This document shows positions 40,031-54,200 of a DNA stretch of 64,000 nt, piece by piece (positions within the stretch are counted from its first letter, which is position 1; each line of letters starts with the position of its first letter). The stretch is from the NCBI GenBank assembly GCA_951406725.2, contig OX597814.1:210180001-210244000 (forward strand), written 5' to 3'. A program made the position numbers and the translations under genes. Source of the DNA: Octopus vulgaris (Eukaryota). Under the pieces are notes generated by a model. It did not search any database, had not been told where the DNA came from, and saw only the letters and a list, made by a program, of their open reading frames with translations.

Positions 40031-41039
40031 CTGTCTGTCTGTCTGTCTATTACTAGTAGTTAGATCAAGTAGAGGCTTTTGAGTACGATGGGAGAATGCA
40101 ATAGTAATTCGTAGAGACTTAATGAATAACATCGATGTGTCGATTTTCCCTCACGGCAACTTGCCAAAACAAGGAGGTAGCTTTGCTACTCTAAATACTG
40201 CTTTCAGGTACTGGAATGCAGCATACAGAGATATTGTATAGGAAAAGTTTAAGAAATGGATATGGAAAATAAGGACTCCAACAGTCCCTTTTCATATCAC
40301 AATTTGCATCAATTTTCTAAATTGGTAAAAGAGACGTTTCTTTCTTTTGCCTTCATTTTCTTTCTCTTTGATGATGTATATTTGGAGGCAAAAAATAAAG
40401 AACGTTCTATAGTCTGAATCAAACAACTTTTGTTTCTTTTCATCTCTCTTTCTATTGCTCCTATTCTATACATAGAAACATAACAGACATACACACGTAT
40501 CATAAATACATGTATAATCCGGTATTTAGAATCCGGAATGTATATGGATATTTCTGTTGTGGATTGTTTAATTCAACACAAAAAGTATTCCATCAATAAA
40601 AATACAGATTCATATGATTTAAATATGCCTTTAAAATATAATACTGAAATATTACGGTTAAATACATATGCACACATACAAATATACATAACTACATATA
40701 TACACACACATATATATGCATACCTAAATATGTATATATATATATATATATATCATACGCCATCATTTTTGTCCAAAAATCAAAGTGTGTTAAAAGATTA
40801 TACGAAATGAAAAATCATTGAAAACATATCGCAAAATATATATTTAAAGCTTGTATATTGGCGATTTGTCAGAGTAAAATGACTGTTTTATTTGTTCAAT
40901 GTAAAAAAAATGTCCCTTACAAAAACACACACACACACACACATGCATATATATAAATATAAATCTCACTACGTCTCCCTTTATACCTATCTATCCATAC
41001 CTATGGGTATTTATATATATATACATATATATATATGGT

Positions 41040-41775
41040 GGTTGTCTACTCCTTATACAGAGTTTGACCACCTCCTGCACCTACACCTTAGCACCATCAT
41101 GGCGTCTGATGTGACTTTTAAAACCAGACAGTGTTCTGAAAAGACACCCACATAGACTGCACCTCTGATTTGGACTACCAATACTTGCACCAATAAGTTC
41201 TGCTCTTTGTATATCTTAAAATGTCTTTTGAGTCCTCCGTTGGATTTCCAAACCTTCTGGTATCCACGGTATTCAAAGGTGCGCACAGACATATAATCAG
41301 GATAGTTGGTTGAGGTTCGTTTTCCATGCGTTTGCAGATGGGATTTGAGGCCAGTGAAAGACAGACATGGCATATCACAGACTTTTCTCACAAAAAGGTC
41401 AATGTCATTCACCCTTCCGATCGTTACATTGTTCCTTACATCTCTTTTGAGCCTTGTATTATCCTGGCCTCTTCAAGTGCTTTTATTCTACTCCACACCT
41501 TTGTTCGCCATCCAATTCAATCCAAAGCAAGGGTTTCTATATCTTCTGTAACCATTCCAAATGAATCCATAGTAGTCCTTATGCCGTCCTTGAAACTTTT
41601 CTTAGGTTTACGCCGATAGCGTTTCCCCTCTGCAAGCTCAACATAAAACAGCTGTTTCGGCATGCGTTCCTCTGTCATTCGAACAATATGGCCACACCAT
41701 CTCAATTGGTTCCTCAAAAATCATAGCTTTAATTGAGGTGATGCCTGCAGAAGCAAGGACATCTGTGTTTGGAGT
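41040..41775 (-). mobile_element. RTE LINE 3' fragment with three C-terminal C2H2-like fingers
   Basis: NQLRWCGHIVRMTEERMPKQLFYVELAEGKR..KPKKSFKD; fingers VCDMPCLSFTGLKSHLQTH, YQKVWKSNGGLKRHFKIY (decayed) and CSLCGCLFRTLSGFKSHIRRH. Confidence 0.88.
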
Positions 41776-42209
41776 AAAAAAAAACTCTATTTAATTTTTA
41801 AAATTCGATGAAGGCATGCGTATGTATACGTGTTTGTGCATGTATGTATGTATTTTTTCAGCTATTGTCTCGTTCATTCGACTATTCAGTCAACTGTACC
41901 AGAATTCGTGTAGCTATATTTAGTTTTATCTTTTCCACATTCCTCTCCTACGCTTTCTCACTTTTCCTCTGTTTTTCTGTAATTCATCAAATCTTCCTGT
42001 TTATTATTTTTTCTTTATTTAATTAAACTTTGTTATTTCACCTTTTTCCCCAGTTAACTATATTTATTTCTTTGCTAATTATCATTATAATCATGTAATT
42101 GCTAATTACACTTGTTGGTGAGCTTTGTTATTTTTATTCAATAAAATTAACAATTTTATTTACTTGCTAATTTTAGTTACATTTATCGATTTCTCGACGT
42201 TATTGCTAC

Positions 42210-43260
42210 TGTTATGATTCGGATCTAGAAGCGTAGTAATGATGCTTCAGACAGCATGGATTTAGAAGTAAGGGCAACCATTCATGAATATGACGTTAAT
42301 TCGGTGGCCATGGAAGTAGGCGGATCTAGATGTGGCAGTGCATCAACATTGGCGGTCATTTACAGAGTCCAGGAGGTCACATTCCTTCAGCGGTCTAAAG
42401 GATGTTCGAAGAACACCTCGCTCATTAGTATCGATTTGAATGGCATCTTAAACACATTGTTTTGGAGCAGTTGCTAGAAGTGGATGTAAAGGTCTCTCAG
42501 TCCGGGTCAGCTAGTTCTAGCTGTCCGGCAAGTATCGCCAGAATTTTTCGAATGCATTAATTGGAATTCGAGAAACTGCTGCGAGTCGTGCAGGTTAAAT
42601 TTAAATATCAATTTTGCTGGGTTAACCGATAGCAATTGTATAAGTTTACCAGAGTTTCTGAGACCTGACTTCAAAAATATGTATACGTTGTGTAAACTGA
42701 AACAACATCAATAAACAGGGTCTTGCGCACTCAAAATTAAATGATTCTTTTCCAGTTCAAATGATGAAGGACAAGATTTATGAATTGGTTAAGAGGAGAT
42801 TGGTGACATGTGCAAACAATTGCAGTTGCCGTACATAGACGCTTTCATAGGACATCTCTATTTAACATAACTTTATTCATGGGTCAAAAGCATAATAGAT
42901 GACGGGCCCTCAGCGTCTGAAATATTGTTAGTGACTCCATAAACTCCAAACATAGGACAACGTGACTGACCTCATATTCAAGAGTGTTATTAGAAAATAC
43001 TTTCTGCATCATTGAGGACAGTCTGTGTAGTATCTTCTGAAGAATATTTTGATCAGGAATTGTTGACAGTTTGCTTCGTCTAACATTGCTACCGGAAAAT
43101 ATTCTTTGTTTGAAATATAATTCACAGATATTATCGTGTTGGAGCTGTTATCGCCTAAGCATACATGAAATCACCACACTGTGGAGAAACTAGATAATAG
43201 AAAGACGGTTGGGGGAACGACGTAAATGCTGGCTTCTAATAGATTGGATCAAAGTTTATT
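42210..43260 (+). mobile_element. Very old CR1/L2-like LINE remnant
   Basis: RQHGFRS near 42250, a DLDVAV relic, GPQRL (~42905) and ASNRLDQ (~43230) occur in the expected order; heavily decayed. Confidence 0.35.
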
Positions 43261-43529
43261 GATGAGTTTTCTCGTTAGGTCAGACATGACATATCAGACC
43301 TGTGATTAATGGATAATGTGGACATGGTAACCCATCTCTAGATTATCCAACGTATTTTTTCTAGAGTTAAGTATTAGTTCAGGTTGATGTGCCTTATTTT
43401 TTTTCTGGTATCACTGTTTTATTCGTTTTAAATTTATTCCTTTTTATTTGTTATTTCCTCCTTAAGATTTCTCCTGCGTACTGTTCCCAACGACCACAAT
43501 CCGTTGGGCTTTTAAAATACGCTCTTGCT

Positions 43530-43531
43530 GT

Positions 43532-43615
<84 letters not shown>

Positions 43616-43880
43616 CACTACCACTACCACCACCACCACCACCACAACTACCACCACCACTACTACCACCACCACCACCACCATCATCACCACCACCACC
43701 ACCACCACCACCACCACCACCACCACCACCACCACCACCACCACCACCACCACCACCACCACCACCACCACCACCACTACTACCACCACCACCACCACCA
43801 CCACCACCACCACCACCACCACCACCACCACCACCACCACCACCACCACCACCACAACTACCACCACCACTACTACCACA
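43530..43880. repeat. (ACT)n/(ACC)n trinucleotide array
   Basis: Visible. Confidence 0.97.
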
Positions 43881-44900
43881 TTACTGATTGCCATTTTTAT
43901 TGCTCTTTTTACCAATGATATCTGTTTTACATTTTTCAAGAATTATATTATGCACATCTTTCATTTCTTTATTTTAATTATTTGTATCATTAAACACTTT
44001 TTTATTACTGAATTTATCTAATTGGTTTACTTTGTTTTTTTTTTTTTGTTTTTTTTTTTTTTTTTTTAAGAATTTCTCAGTCGAATTCCATAACCTTTCC
44101 TACATTATAATATGATCTATTTCTAATGATCTCTTCCCCTTTCATCCATTTATTTTTCAACAAGTATTTTTTTTCCATTTATCTTCCTGTATTTTTTTCC
44201 TTTACAATTTTATTGGATGTTAATCTATATTTTTTTTGCATGTGTTAGCAATGTGCATAGTAAAGATATAAGCGAGATCATTAGCCATTTGCTACTTTGA
44301 CTCTACTTCAAGTATCTGATGTTCTCCATAGTATTACTTTAAGTATTTTAGTTTATTTTATGATAATATTTTGTTAAATGTTTATTTTTTTTTCGATTCT
44401 ATAAATTTTATTCTATTTGATCTCGTGTTAGAAAGTTTGTAAAAGTCGATTGATGCTACAGTTTTTTTTTCTTTTAGCAGGAACTCAAAAGAACTCTTAT
44501 AATCTTTCATTATTCTCTTCCCTAAACTAATAAAAACAAACAAACAAATAAAATAATACGAACGTGAGATACTTAAATGTGCTGAATCTAACGCCAAAAA
44601 AAAAAAAAAAAAAAAAAAATCATACATTTGCAAAACACACATTCACACACAGTCAATGCATAATGTATACATCGAATGGTTATCAAGCAGCGCACATTAG
44701 AAATTCACATTACACAAACACACGGGGACACATATAGATATACACACGTACGCACACATGTGTGCATGTAGACACACAGTACACAGAGCCTGGATTAAAA
44801 GCTTACATTATGTATGTATGTATGCACGTATGTATGTTATGTATGTATGTATATATATATACATATATATATACACATACATATGTATATATACAGACAC

Positions 44901-44957
<57 letters not shown>

Positions 44958-44980
44958 CATATACGTGTATATATATATAG

Positions 44981-45077
<97 letters not shown>

Positions 45078-45094
45078 TACATATATATATACAT

Positions 45095-45142
<48 letters not shown>

Positions 45143-45715
45143 GTGAAATGTATAAAGTATTTTCGTACTTAATTCCTCTGTTGGTTTAATTATAGTGGGA
45201 CATACACATTTAAAAACATTAAATACAAATACCCGTCTGTGCAAATCAACAAAGTCAACACATGGTGATTTTAACGCTCTTCTAAAGTATTTACATAGAA
45301 ATTTCGGTGCATTTACCCGATGTTCATTCGAACTCCCACCAAGTCAAGGTACATATAATCTTTAACAAACGTAGAGCCATATGTGTAGTTAAGGTAATGA
45401 AAGAATCGCAAATGTATAACTCAATGAAAATTTGGCTGCTATTGTATATAAAATTTATACCTCACTACCCGTAAAATTACAGCGAGTGCTTCAACTTGTG
45501 CCGTATGGAAACGTTATAATACTGTTCTGTAACTGGCTATTTTCCATATTTACTGAACTATTCAAGAAACGTTTTCTATAAAATAAATACTTACGACATA
45601 ATTGTTAAACACAAGCATAAAAATACCTACCTACCTACCTACCTACGTACATATATACATACATACATACATACATACATACATACATACATGCATACAT
45701 ACATACATACATACA

Positions 45716-45766
<51 letters not shown>

Positions 45767-45768
<2 letters not shown>

Positions 45769-46036
45769 AGGCGCAATGGCCTAGTGGTTAGGGCAGCGGA
45801 CTCGCGGTCGTAGGATCGCGGTTTCGATTCCCAGACCGGGCGTTGTGAGTGTTTATTGAGCGAAAACACCTAAAAATGCTCCACGAGGCTCCGGCAAAGG
45901 GTGGTGATCCCTGCTGTACTTTTTCACCACTCTTTCTTCTGTTGGCCAGCGGGGTGGCGTCATTCGAAAAAACAATGCGAACGTATTGTGACCAGCGATG
46001 TGTAACAACATCTGATGGTCTGGTCGGTCACGTGAT

Positions 46037-46043
<7 letters not shown>
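45767..46043 (+). mobile_element. tRNA-derived SINE (third family), full length
   Basis: A-box TGGCCTAGTGG (45777-87), B-box GGTTTCGATTCC (45820-31), tail CACGTGATCACGTGA; embedded in (TA)n. Confidence 0.88.
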
Positions 46044-46073
<30 letters not shown>

Positions 46074-46869
46074 TTCACGTTCATTAATAAACACACGCAC
46101 ACGCAGACAGGATTACACAGACACGCATATAAATATAGTCCTGAAGATGTGCTGTTTCATTTACGAATTTATGAATAAGTACTCTAATAACAAATTGTAC
46201 GTGCATACAGATTGAGACACTCACGAACGCATATATCTGCGTCTATGTGAATTTCTGTGAGTTTGCATGTACTACGTAGAGGAAGGCCTAAAAAAATTTA
46301 AAAAATCAAAAAAACAGAAACACGGTGCTAATTTTTCATCAGAAAATATAATGAAATTATAATTTCAGATGTAATAAAAGCATTAATACTCGTTGAAAAT
46401 GAATTAGAATATTAAATTAGCATGGTATTTCGTTTTGAGAACCTTCTTTATTTTTATCGAATTCATGCGTAAACACTAAATTTAAACTTTTGTAAACATA
46501 AACTTGAACATATATACTTGTACTTATATATACTTATAAGCATATGTAAACATTCGTGTGTACACGCACGCACACACACATATATAGGGGGCACGAGTGA
46601 CCTAATAACTTGATGCCTAAACGTAGGAGACAGTGATAGACTTTTGCGCTCAGTATATTACTTCTCCATAAGTTCCCAGAATCCATGACTTATAGGCACT
46701 TCCATATCAAATCATTCGTATCTTTTACTGTAGGCTATGATGGTTGAACAGAGCAGGATACATCCCAAATAATAACAATGTATTATTTCTTACTACAGTC
46801 TCAGTAATTCTTGTGTAGCAAAATAATTATAAAAGCTATAATTATGAAATTATGTAATAATGACAGCAA

Positions 46870-47210
46870 TCCAGGCACAATGCCTGAAATTTGGGGAAGG
46901 GGGTTAGTCGATTACATTGAGCCAGTACACACCTGGTACTTATTTTATCGACTCCGAAGGAATGAAAGGCAAACATCGACCTCGGCGGAATTTGAAGTCA
47001 GAGCGTAGCGACGAGCGAATACAGCTAAACATTTCGTCCAGCACGCTAACGATTCTGCCAGCTCACCGCGTTAACTTTCTGCTATAGGCACGAGGCCCTG
47101 AAGTTAAGGGTGAGGAGATTAGTCGATAACATCGACCCCAGTATTTCACTAGTACTTAATTTATCGATCCAATGCAGGACAACAAACGTTAAGGCAAAGC
47201 CGACATCTCA
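46870..47210 (-). mobile_element. Two adjacent Meta-domain SINE copies (one near full, one partial)
   Basis: Family motifs at 46870-47072 and 47075-47210. Confidence 0.75.
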
Positions 47211-47756
47211 AGTCATATACATTATTATTATTGGAAAAAATTCAAAGCCTTACAGCTGTTTTGGGGATATACCCGAGTATGGAATATTCCGTCACGCGAG
47301 ATAGGGAACAAAAAGGGGGAAATGAAAAGGGTATATATTAATGAAATTATGACATAGAGGAAAGGAAGAAAAAAGAAGCATAAAAGTTCACAGTTTAACT
47401 TTCCGATGTTGTTGAAACAAATGCATAAATTCTTAGGCGTAATTCTGCGCGGATCCATGTGTGCTAAAAACCTGATATTGTAAACATCCAGAGAAATAAG
47501 ATGCGAACATATAACAGAATGGTAGTGGAGGTGGCTATTAAGTGTTAACCACTCACCTCTGCAAAACTCAAATACCGTTCACTTTCGAACTACAAGTTTT
47601 CTCATCAAAGCAAAAAGCTCTGCACTATTATACACACATCATATACATATTTCATCTTCAGGCGTCTGTAAATATTTAGCTCAAATGCAAATACAATCTA
47701 CACTAAATACTTCACTATTTTAGCAAAATTTTCTACACAAAATTTTCTACACTAAT

Positions 47757-48170
47757 AGGCGCAGGAGTGGCTGTGTGGTAAGTAGCTTGCTAACCAACCA
47801 CATGGTTCCGGGTTCTGTTCCACTGGGTGGCATCTTGGGTAAGTGTCTTCTGCTATAGCCCCGGCCGACCAACGCCTTGTGAGTGGATTTGGTAGACGGA
47901 AACAGAAAGATGCCTGTCGTATATATGTATATATATATATATATGTATGTGTGTGTATGTTTGTGTGTCTGCGTTTGTCCCCCTAGCATTGCTTGACAAC
48001 CGATGCTGGTGTGTTTATGTCCCTGTCACTTAGCGGTTCGGCAAAAGAGACCGATAGAATAAGTACTGGGCTTACAAAGAATAAGTCCCGGGGTCGAGTT
48101 GCTCGACTAAAGGCGGTGCTCCAGCATGGCCGCAGTCAAATGACTGAAACAAGTAAAAGAGTAAAAGAGT
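47757..48170 (+). mobile_element. CORE-type tRNA-SINE, full length, young
   Basis: Head AGGCGCAGGAGTGGCTGTGTGG, CORE-like ATCTTGGGTAAGTGTCTT, tail (AAAAGAGT)2. Confidence 0.92.
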
Positions 48171-48243
48171 AACTAAACATAACGCAAGGAGTAAATGAAT
48201 AATTAAATAATTAACAAACACATATACTAACAGAGGGGAAAAA

Positions 48244-48990
48244 GATGGCTACTCAACAACAAAACTCTAAGCAAATTTGGTTTGAGAATGAAATAGACCT
48301 TCTGATAAATATATGGTACTTTCTTATGCAGCGAACTAATAGCCAGACGCGCAATCCAACTCTTCAGATCGCCCCTAGAAGCACTTAAATTAATTAATAG
48401 ACGTTCTGAAAAACAGCAATGTATTTTCTCTTCAAATACTGGTCAACAGCAACAACAACAACCACCACAACAGCAACAATAACCACGGCAACAACAGCAA
48501 ACACAACGACAAAAACAACAACCATCGCAGCAGGAACTGACTCAGCCTCAACATTTAACACTCCTTAATTCAACGACAATTGATGACCTACTTAATGAAA
48601 CGTTCAGCTTCACAGGTTTCAGTTGTTCACAGCCCATTCAACCAGAGTTTGTTACCCACCCATTAAATCTTCAACAGCAGTAACAATTATAGCAACAAGA
48701 ATCACAACAACAACATGAACAATTACCGGTACAACAACCACCTCAAAAACAGCCACAGACACAGCTTCAACCTGCTACTATTTGTTATCAACCGACTGAA
48801 TGCTTATTTGAAGGCCCCCTTAATGAATTTGCCAAACACAAATGTACACTAATTAAAATTTATGCCTCTCAGAACCTACACACGAAACCTCAAAATATGC
48901 AGCTGTTCACTACACAAGAATCTGGAGACGATGTTCTCCTGGGGCTACAAGCTACAGTAACACCCACCCTTAGTGGTTAGCCATATTGAG
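48244..48990 (+). mobile_element. Possible N-terminal relic of an RLE-type (R4/Dong-like) retrotransposon ORF
   Basis: MATQQQNSKQIWFENEIDLLINIWYFL (Myb/trihelix-like W..E..LL..W), then frameshifts and a (CAA)-rich linker. Confidence 0.35.
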
Positions 48991-49002
48991 ATGGCAAGTA
49001 TA

Positions 49003-49071
<69 letters not shown>

Positions 49072-49073
<2 letters not shown>

Positions 49074-49488
49074 TCTTTACTCTTTTGCTTGTTTCAGTCA
49101 TTTGACTGCGGCCATGCTGGAGCACCGCCTTTTAGTCCAGCAACTCGACCCCGGGACTTATTCTTTTTGTAAGCCCAGTACTTATTCTATCGGTCTCTTT
49201 TTGCCGAACCGCTAAGTGACGGGGACGTAAAAACACCAGCATCGGTTGTCAAGCAATGCTAGGGGGACAAACACAGACACACAAACACACACACACTTAC
49301 ATATATATATATATATATACATATATACGACAGGCTTCTTTCAGTTTCCGTCTACCAAATCCACTCACAAGGCATTGGTCGGCCTGGGGCTATAGCAGAA
49401 GACACTTGCCCAAGATGCCACGCAGTGGGACTGAACCCGGAACCATGTGGTTGGTTAGCAAGCTACTTACCACACAGCCACTCCTGCG

Positions 49489-49491
<3 letters not shown>
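49072..49491 (-). mobile_element. CORE-type tRNA-SINE, full length, young, in (TA)n
   Basis: Near-identical reverse complement of 47757-48170. Confidence 0.92.
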
Positions 49492-49538
<47 letters not shown>

Positions 49539-50133
49539 ATACAAAGAAACAAGCTAAAAATGATAGAAATCATAATTTATGGTTGTGTTTAAAGAGCATT
49601 TGTGGGCATCATTTGACGAAGGGAATATTATTTCATAGCAAACTGCATAGCTCATTTGTTGAAGATAATGACAGAGGAATTGAAATCTAAATTAACCCAG
49701 ATAAGTATGAAATGAAGTAAACACTCAAATATATTTTCCTTCTTAATGCAAGTAACCATAGTAATTTGAATGTCGGTCGCTCCTTTATGTGACATTAAGG
49801 AGATATCTAAATCTAGTCGCTTTTAAAAACTCATGTCTTTTCACGTGTTCCTTCTAAGTAATTGGTTGCACATCACTTTGACGACTGTTTTTCAAAAACT
49901 TGAGTGAATATGATTTGAAAGGAAGGTCACGACTCTCTTTCGATGGAACTGAAACTGGTAACTACTGCAGAAGCGCTAGTCAGTTGTCAAGCAGTGGTGA
50001 CTGCGGGAGACAAAAGCAAACACACATATATATATACGTGCTTGTTAGTGCGTACATATAAATATATATAAGAATGTGAATGTATGTGCCACCTTCAGCT
50101 TCCGTCCACTCACAATATATATATATATATATA

Positions 50134-50460
50134 TATTTCGTCTGCAGTTACGTTCTGAGTTCAAATTCCACCGAGGTCGACTTTGCCTTTCATCCTTTCG
50201 GGGTCGATAAATTAAGTACCAGTTACGCACTGGGGTCGATGTAATCGACTTAATCCCTTTCTCTGTTCTTGTTTGTTCCATCTATGTTTAGCCCTTTGTG
50301 GGCAATAAAGAAAGAAATATATATATATATTCTTTTACTTGTTTCACTCATTAGACTGCGGTCAAGCTGGAGTACCGCCTTTAGTAGAACAAATCTACCC
50401 CAGGACTTTTATTTTGTCAGCCTAGTACCTATTCTATCGGTCGCTTTTGCCGAACCACTA
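50134..50460. mobile_element. 5'-truncated Meta-domain SINE (+, 50134-50318) abutting a CORE-SINE 3' fragment (-, 50330-50460)
   Basis: Family matches. Confidence 0.8.
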
Positions 50461-50477
50461 TTATATATATATGTATG

Positions 50478-50534
<57 letters not shown>

Positions 50535-50672
50535 TCAAAAATAAGCAACAACTTTCTTGTTGCTTATTTTTTATTACAATCAGCCCGCATAATTTTATGG
50601 GTAACACCATAAAAAATTCTGTTGCATATATATTAAGTACCATATTCTTTTGAATCTAAATTGTTTGCTGAA

Positions 50673-50745
<73 letters not shown>

Positions 50746-50746
50746 C

Positions 50747-50820
50747 CTGAACAGAATAAGCTACTCCTATTTTGCAGAAATATTTTTTTCTGCAAAATAG
50801 GAGTAGCTTATCCTGTTCAG
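50747..50820. repeat. 34-bp near-perfect inverted repeat with a 6-nt loop
   Basis: CTGAACAGAATAAGCTACTCCTATTTTGCAGAAA / TTTCTGCAAAATAGGAGTAGCTTATCCTGTTCAG, 1 mismatch. Confidence 0.95.
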
Positions 50821-50940
50821 TCTACATTATTAGTATTATCCTACGTTTGATAATTTAAAATCACTTGTTTAACTTTCTAAGACCCCTCAACGCTTCAGAA
50901 AGTAAACTTCGTTTGTTTGTTTACGTTCATCGTAATTTGA

Positions 50941-50989
<49 letters not shown>

Positions 50990-51129
50990 GTTTCCGTCTA
51001 CCAAATCCAGTCACAAGGCGTGGGACTATAGTAGAGTACAGTAAGGTGTCACGCAGTGAGGACTGAACCCAAAACTATGTGCTTGGGAAGCAGACTTCTG
51101 ACTACACACCCGTGTCAGCGGCATTCAGT

Positions 51130-54100
51130 AATGTTCTTGCCGTGACGTTAGTGTTTCTGGTATAGCAGCATGTTGAATACCTGTTCGGTTCTTGATACGT
51201 TTAAACATTTCTCAGCATCTTTCTGAAGGTAAGAAGAGTTATCGAATTTTCAACCATTAGCTAGTGCAGTATGTTGTCCTAAGTTTGGTGAATAGTGTGG
51301 CAACTACACAATAAAGCAATGACATCCAGTTCGAATATAAGTTTAGCTCTTGATACCGGCCCTAATACGTCACTGCATATTTATCCATTATTTTTTTCCA
51401 GAAAGTAGATATTTTCGCTTTATATATTTCCCTCTTCTGAGGTTAATTTCGTTGTATCGCAATGTCGGATTGTTTCTAATTTCTCTCTTAATTTAGCACG
51501 ATATGGTGACTGCAGATGTGAGTAATAGTTCGCACAGCAATTGCTATACACTGTATCAGCGTGATATTTTTGTTCTTTAATTTCTTCATCCGTGATAACA
51601 TTTCTCTTCACTTCTTCGCATTTTTGCAAAGTGCACGTGAAATACTGTTATCATTACTCATAATTACTTCCAGATCATGTACTCAGTGTGATTGATTGTA
51701 AACGCTCCTGTATGTTATAACACGATTGCAGTGTGGTTGTCTACCGATGGCAAGATGTTTGAAAATGTCCATCTTTATTTTGGGTATAATATTCTTTAAC
51801 CCACTTATATAGAGCATTTAGTTTTTCATATACATTCATCACATCTAAAACTTTCCTAATTGTTTTTCACACCTCGTTAGTTTAGCTTGTCAACGTCTCC
51901 ATTTATAACTGAACGCGCGTTTGATGGAAGCATTAGAATTAACAAACGTTCCAAGATATTCCTCCGAGGGACTCCACTGTAAACTGGTCTTTCTTTTGAA
52001 AGAGTGTGAGTGAAAAAGTGAATAAGAGAGGAAAGATAGGGTGAGAAGGAGAGGGCGGAGAAGGAGACATGGCATTGTTAGCCAGCACTGCATAGCTTAT
52101 GTCCGTTGAAATGTGATATAGTAATTTTCCTACTTCATCAACAATGTTGAAAACACACTCCCTGTGACATTTTGATTTTATTTTCTATTTCTAGGATTAT
52201 AATTTCTGGGTTGGATTATTTGTTCCTTATAATTGTTCATTTAAACGTTTCGAGACAATTATTGTGCTTACGTCTTGTGTATGTTGGATAACTTTGATCG
52301 AAGGCATAATATATATTGTTTGCACTATTGCTATAAATCATCTATTGCTTTGCTATTGTCTGTGACAGACGTTCGAGCCACTCCTATCCTATCCTTTTTC
52401 AATAGATTTCTTATAACCTTGGTGTAAAGCTGGGTTACATAGAGGTTGAATACTTCTTGTAGAACGACTCATTACACTATGCTCTTTTGAAACAAACATT
52501 GTTAGGTGGAGTATTATTGTTTCCATGAAGAGTATATTAGAAGAGTCAGGGGGATACTCTGCTTGTCCTCGTTCATAAAATGACACTTAGCAAGTATATG
52601 AATTCCGGTCTATGAGTAATGAAGGCTCGCCAAAGTTAAAGATGTTAAATATTTTAAAGGCTACCTTTAAATTTGAGGTCATATTTTGAGGTACTCCGTG
52701 AAAGATATGTTGTGTGACGCAACTAGACTTCAAGTGTGACAACAAGAATAAATATATGACGTTTTCCCAGTTGTACATGGCAATCCTAAGATAGCTTCTC
52801 TCTTCCTTGTCTGTACAGAAAACAACATATCTTGGTTTGTGTATCTGCATCTACTACATTTGCAGTGAGAGATGTTTCAGGGACTACGATGATTATTACT
52901 CGACTGTGAGCTCTCTCGAATACAGGATTTTACCATATGAAGTTGTAAGATATCTCTAAAATTTAGCAATAATATTAACAAACGCTTGAGTGCGTAAAAG
53001 AAGTTACCTTCCTGATTATCATTTGATGCTAATGAATTTGACACTGTTTCTGCTGCTGTTATGCCTGTCACCGTGCATTGTGCGATATATAAAGAAATCA
53101 TGCTGGTCGACTGCTGCAGTTAGCATTGTGCTTGCATATCGTCTTTCGTCGGGACCAAAACTAGGAGCTGTCTCTTCTTTTGATGGTTGCTTATGCTTCT
53201 CTGTTTCAGATTTTCTCGCTATGGTGGTGATGTTCAGAACCTCATCAATTTCCTTTGCTGTCATTGACTGCATCCCAGTATGTATATTGCGCAATAACCC
53301 TTTTTCCATAAGTTTATCTGGGCCTTGAAGTTTGTTAAAGAGGCAACTAATCTCCAAAGACCGTGCTGACAGGAAATTTTTGGAATTTGTAGAAACTCAC
53401 TGATGTTTTGCGACTCGTTAGTTGTTTGCTTGGTGTCATTACTTTTAATTTTGCTGTTTCAACTATTATTTTTACTTAAGGTTTCTGGTCTCTGTGTTTG
53501 CTTATGTGGTTCTCCTATTTTTCTTCTCGGTAACAATTTTAACTTCAGCTTGTTTATATCCCTCATCTTTACAAAGTTTCTTCAGCAGTGGTCTTGAAGT
53601 CATTCGTGTTCATAATGGAATTCTTGTCATCTCACTCATTTAGATCGTCAATCGAAAAAAAACCCCAAAAAACTTTGTACATAGGTTGTAACATTCCAAT
53701 TCTACTCGTTTCAGTTTTCGAGTTTTAAATCCCTCTTTCACTAAGATAGCATGACTAACACAATGCTTAGTAAATCTAAGATGGTCTTGCCAATCTGATG
53801 GTTCTTTTCCTCTGAAATTGTGATATTGATCTGTGTCATCCATATTGTATATGGGTCTCCGCAATGAAGATATTGGTTTGAGATTGTTCAGTCATAAATA
53901 TTACGAATAGAAAGAAGTAAATTTATTCCATATACCAGTTTCGTCACATCTAAATTCTTCTGTCATAGAACTAAGATTTGGTGAATTCTGTTCTTTTTTC
54001 TTATGTTTGAAAAGAAAATGCATTTATCTAAACCAAGAGTATAGCTCTAATGGCGGCAGTCTATCTTCCGACTGAATCAATCTAAGTTTCCCATGTTTTA

Positions 54101-54200
54101 CTTTTTCCTATTTAAAGTTGCAGATAAAACAAGATGGTCACAATTTCAGAGACAAGTATCAATGTTATTTGGTTACGGTATAGGATTTGAAATCACACTG
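51130..54200 (-). mobile_element. Ancient, collapsed APE-type LINE (I/Jockey-like): ORF1, endonuclease and RT relics
   Basis: Ordered relics: LRIAMYNWENV (APE start), IFNFGEPSLL (cf. LNTGEPT), YAFDQ, NVTGSVFSTLL (cf. QGSVLSPLL), WSPSEEYLGTFVN (cf. W...KYLG.LD). A K/E-rich ORF1-like region lies upstream. Confidence 0.5.

Noticed and set aside
43389-44021. Poly-Thr / poly-Pro mucin- or extensin-like ORFs
   Set aside because: Pure (ACT)/(ACC) trinucleotide array, open in several frames on both strands.
45767-45840. tRNA gene
   Set aside because: A and B boxes are present but continue into a SINE body repeated at 37635; no proper acceptor stem.
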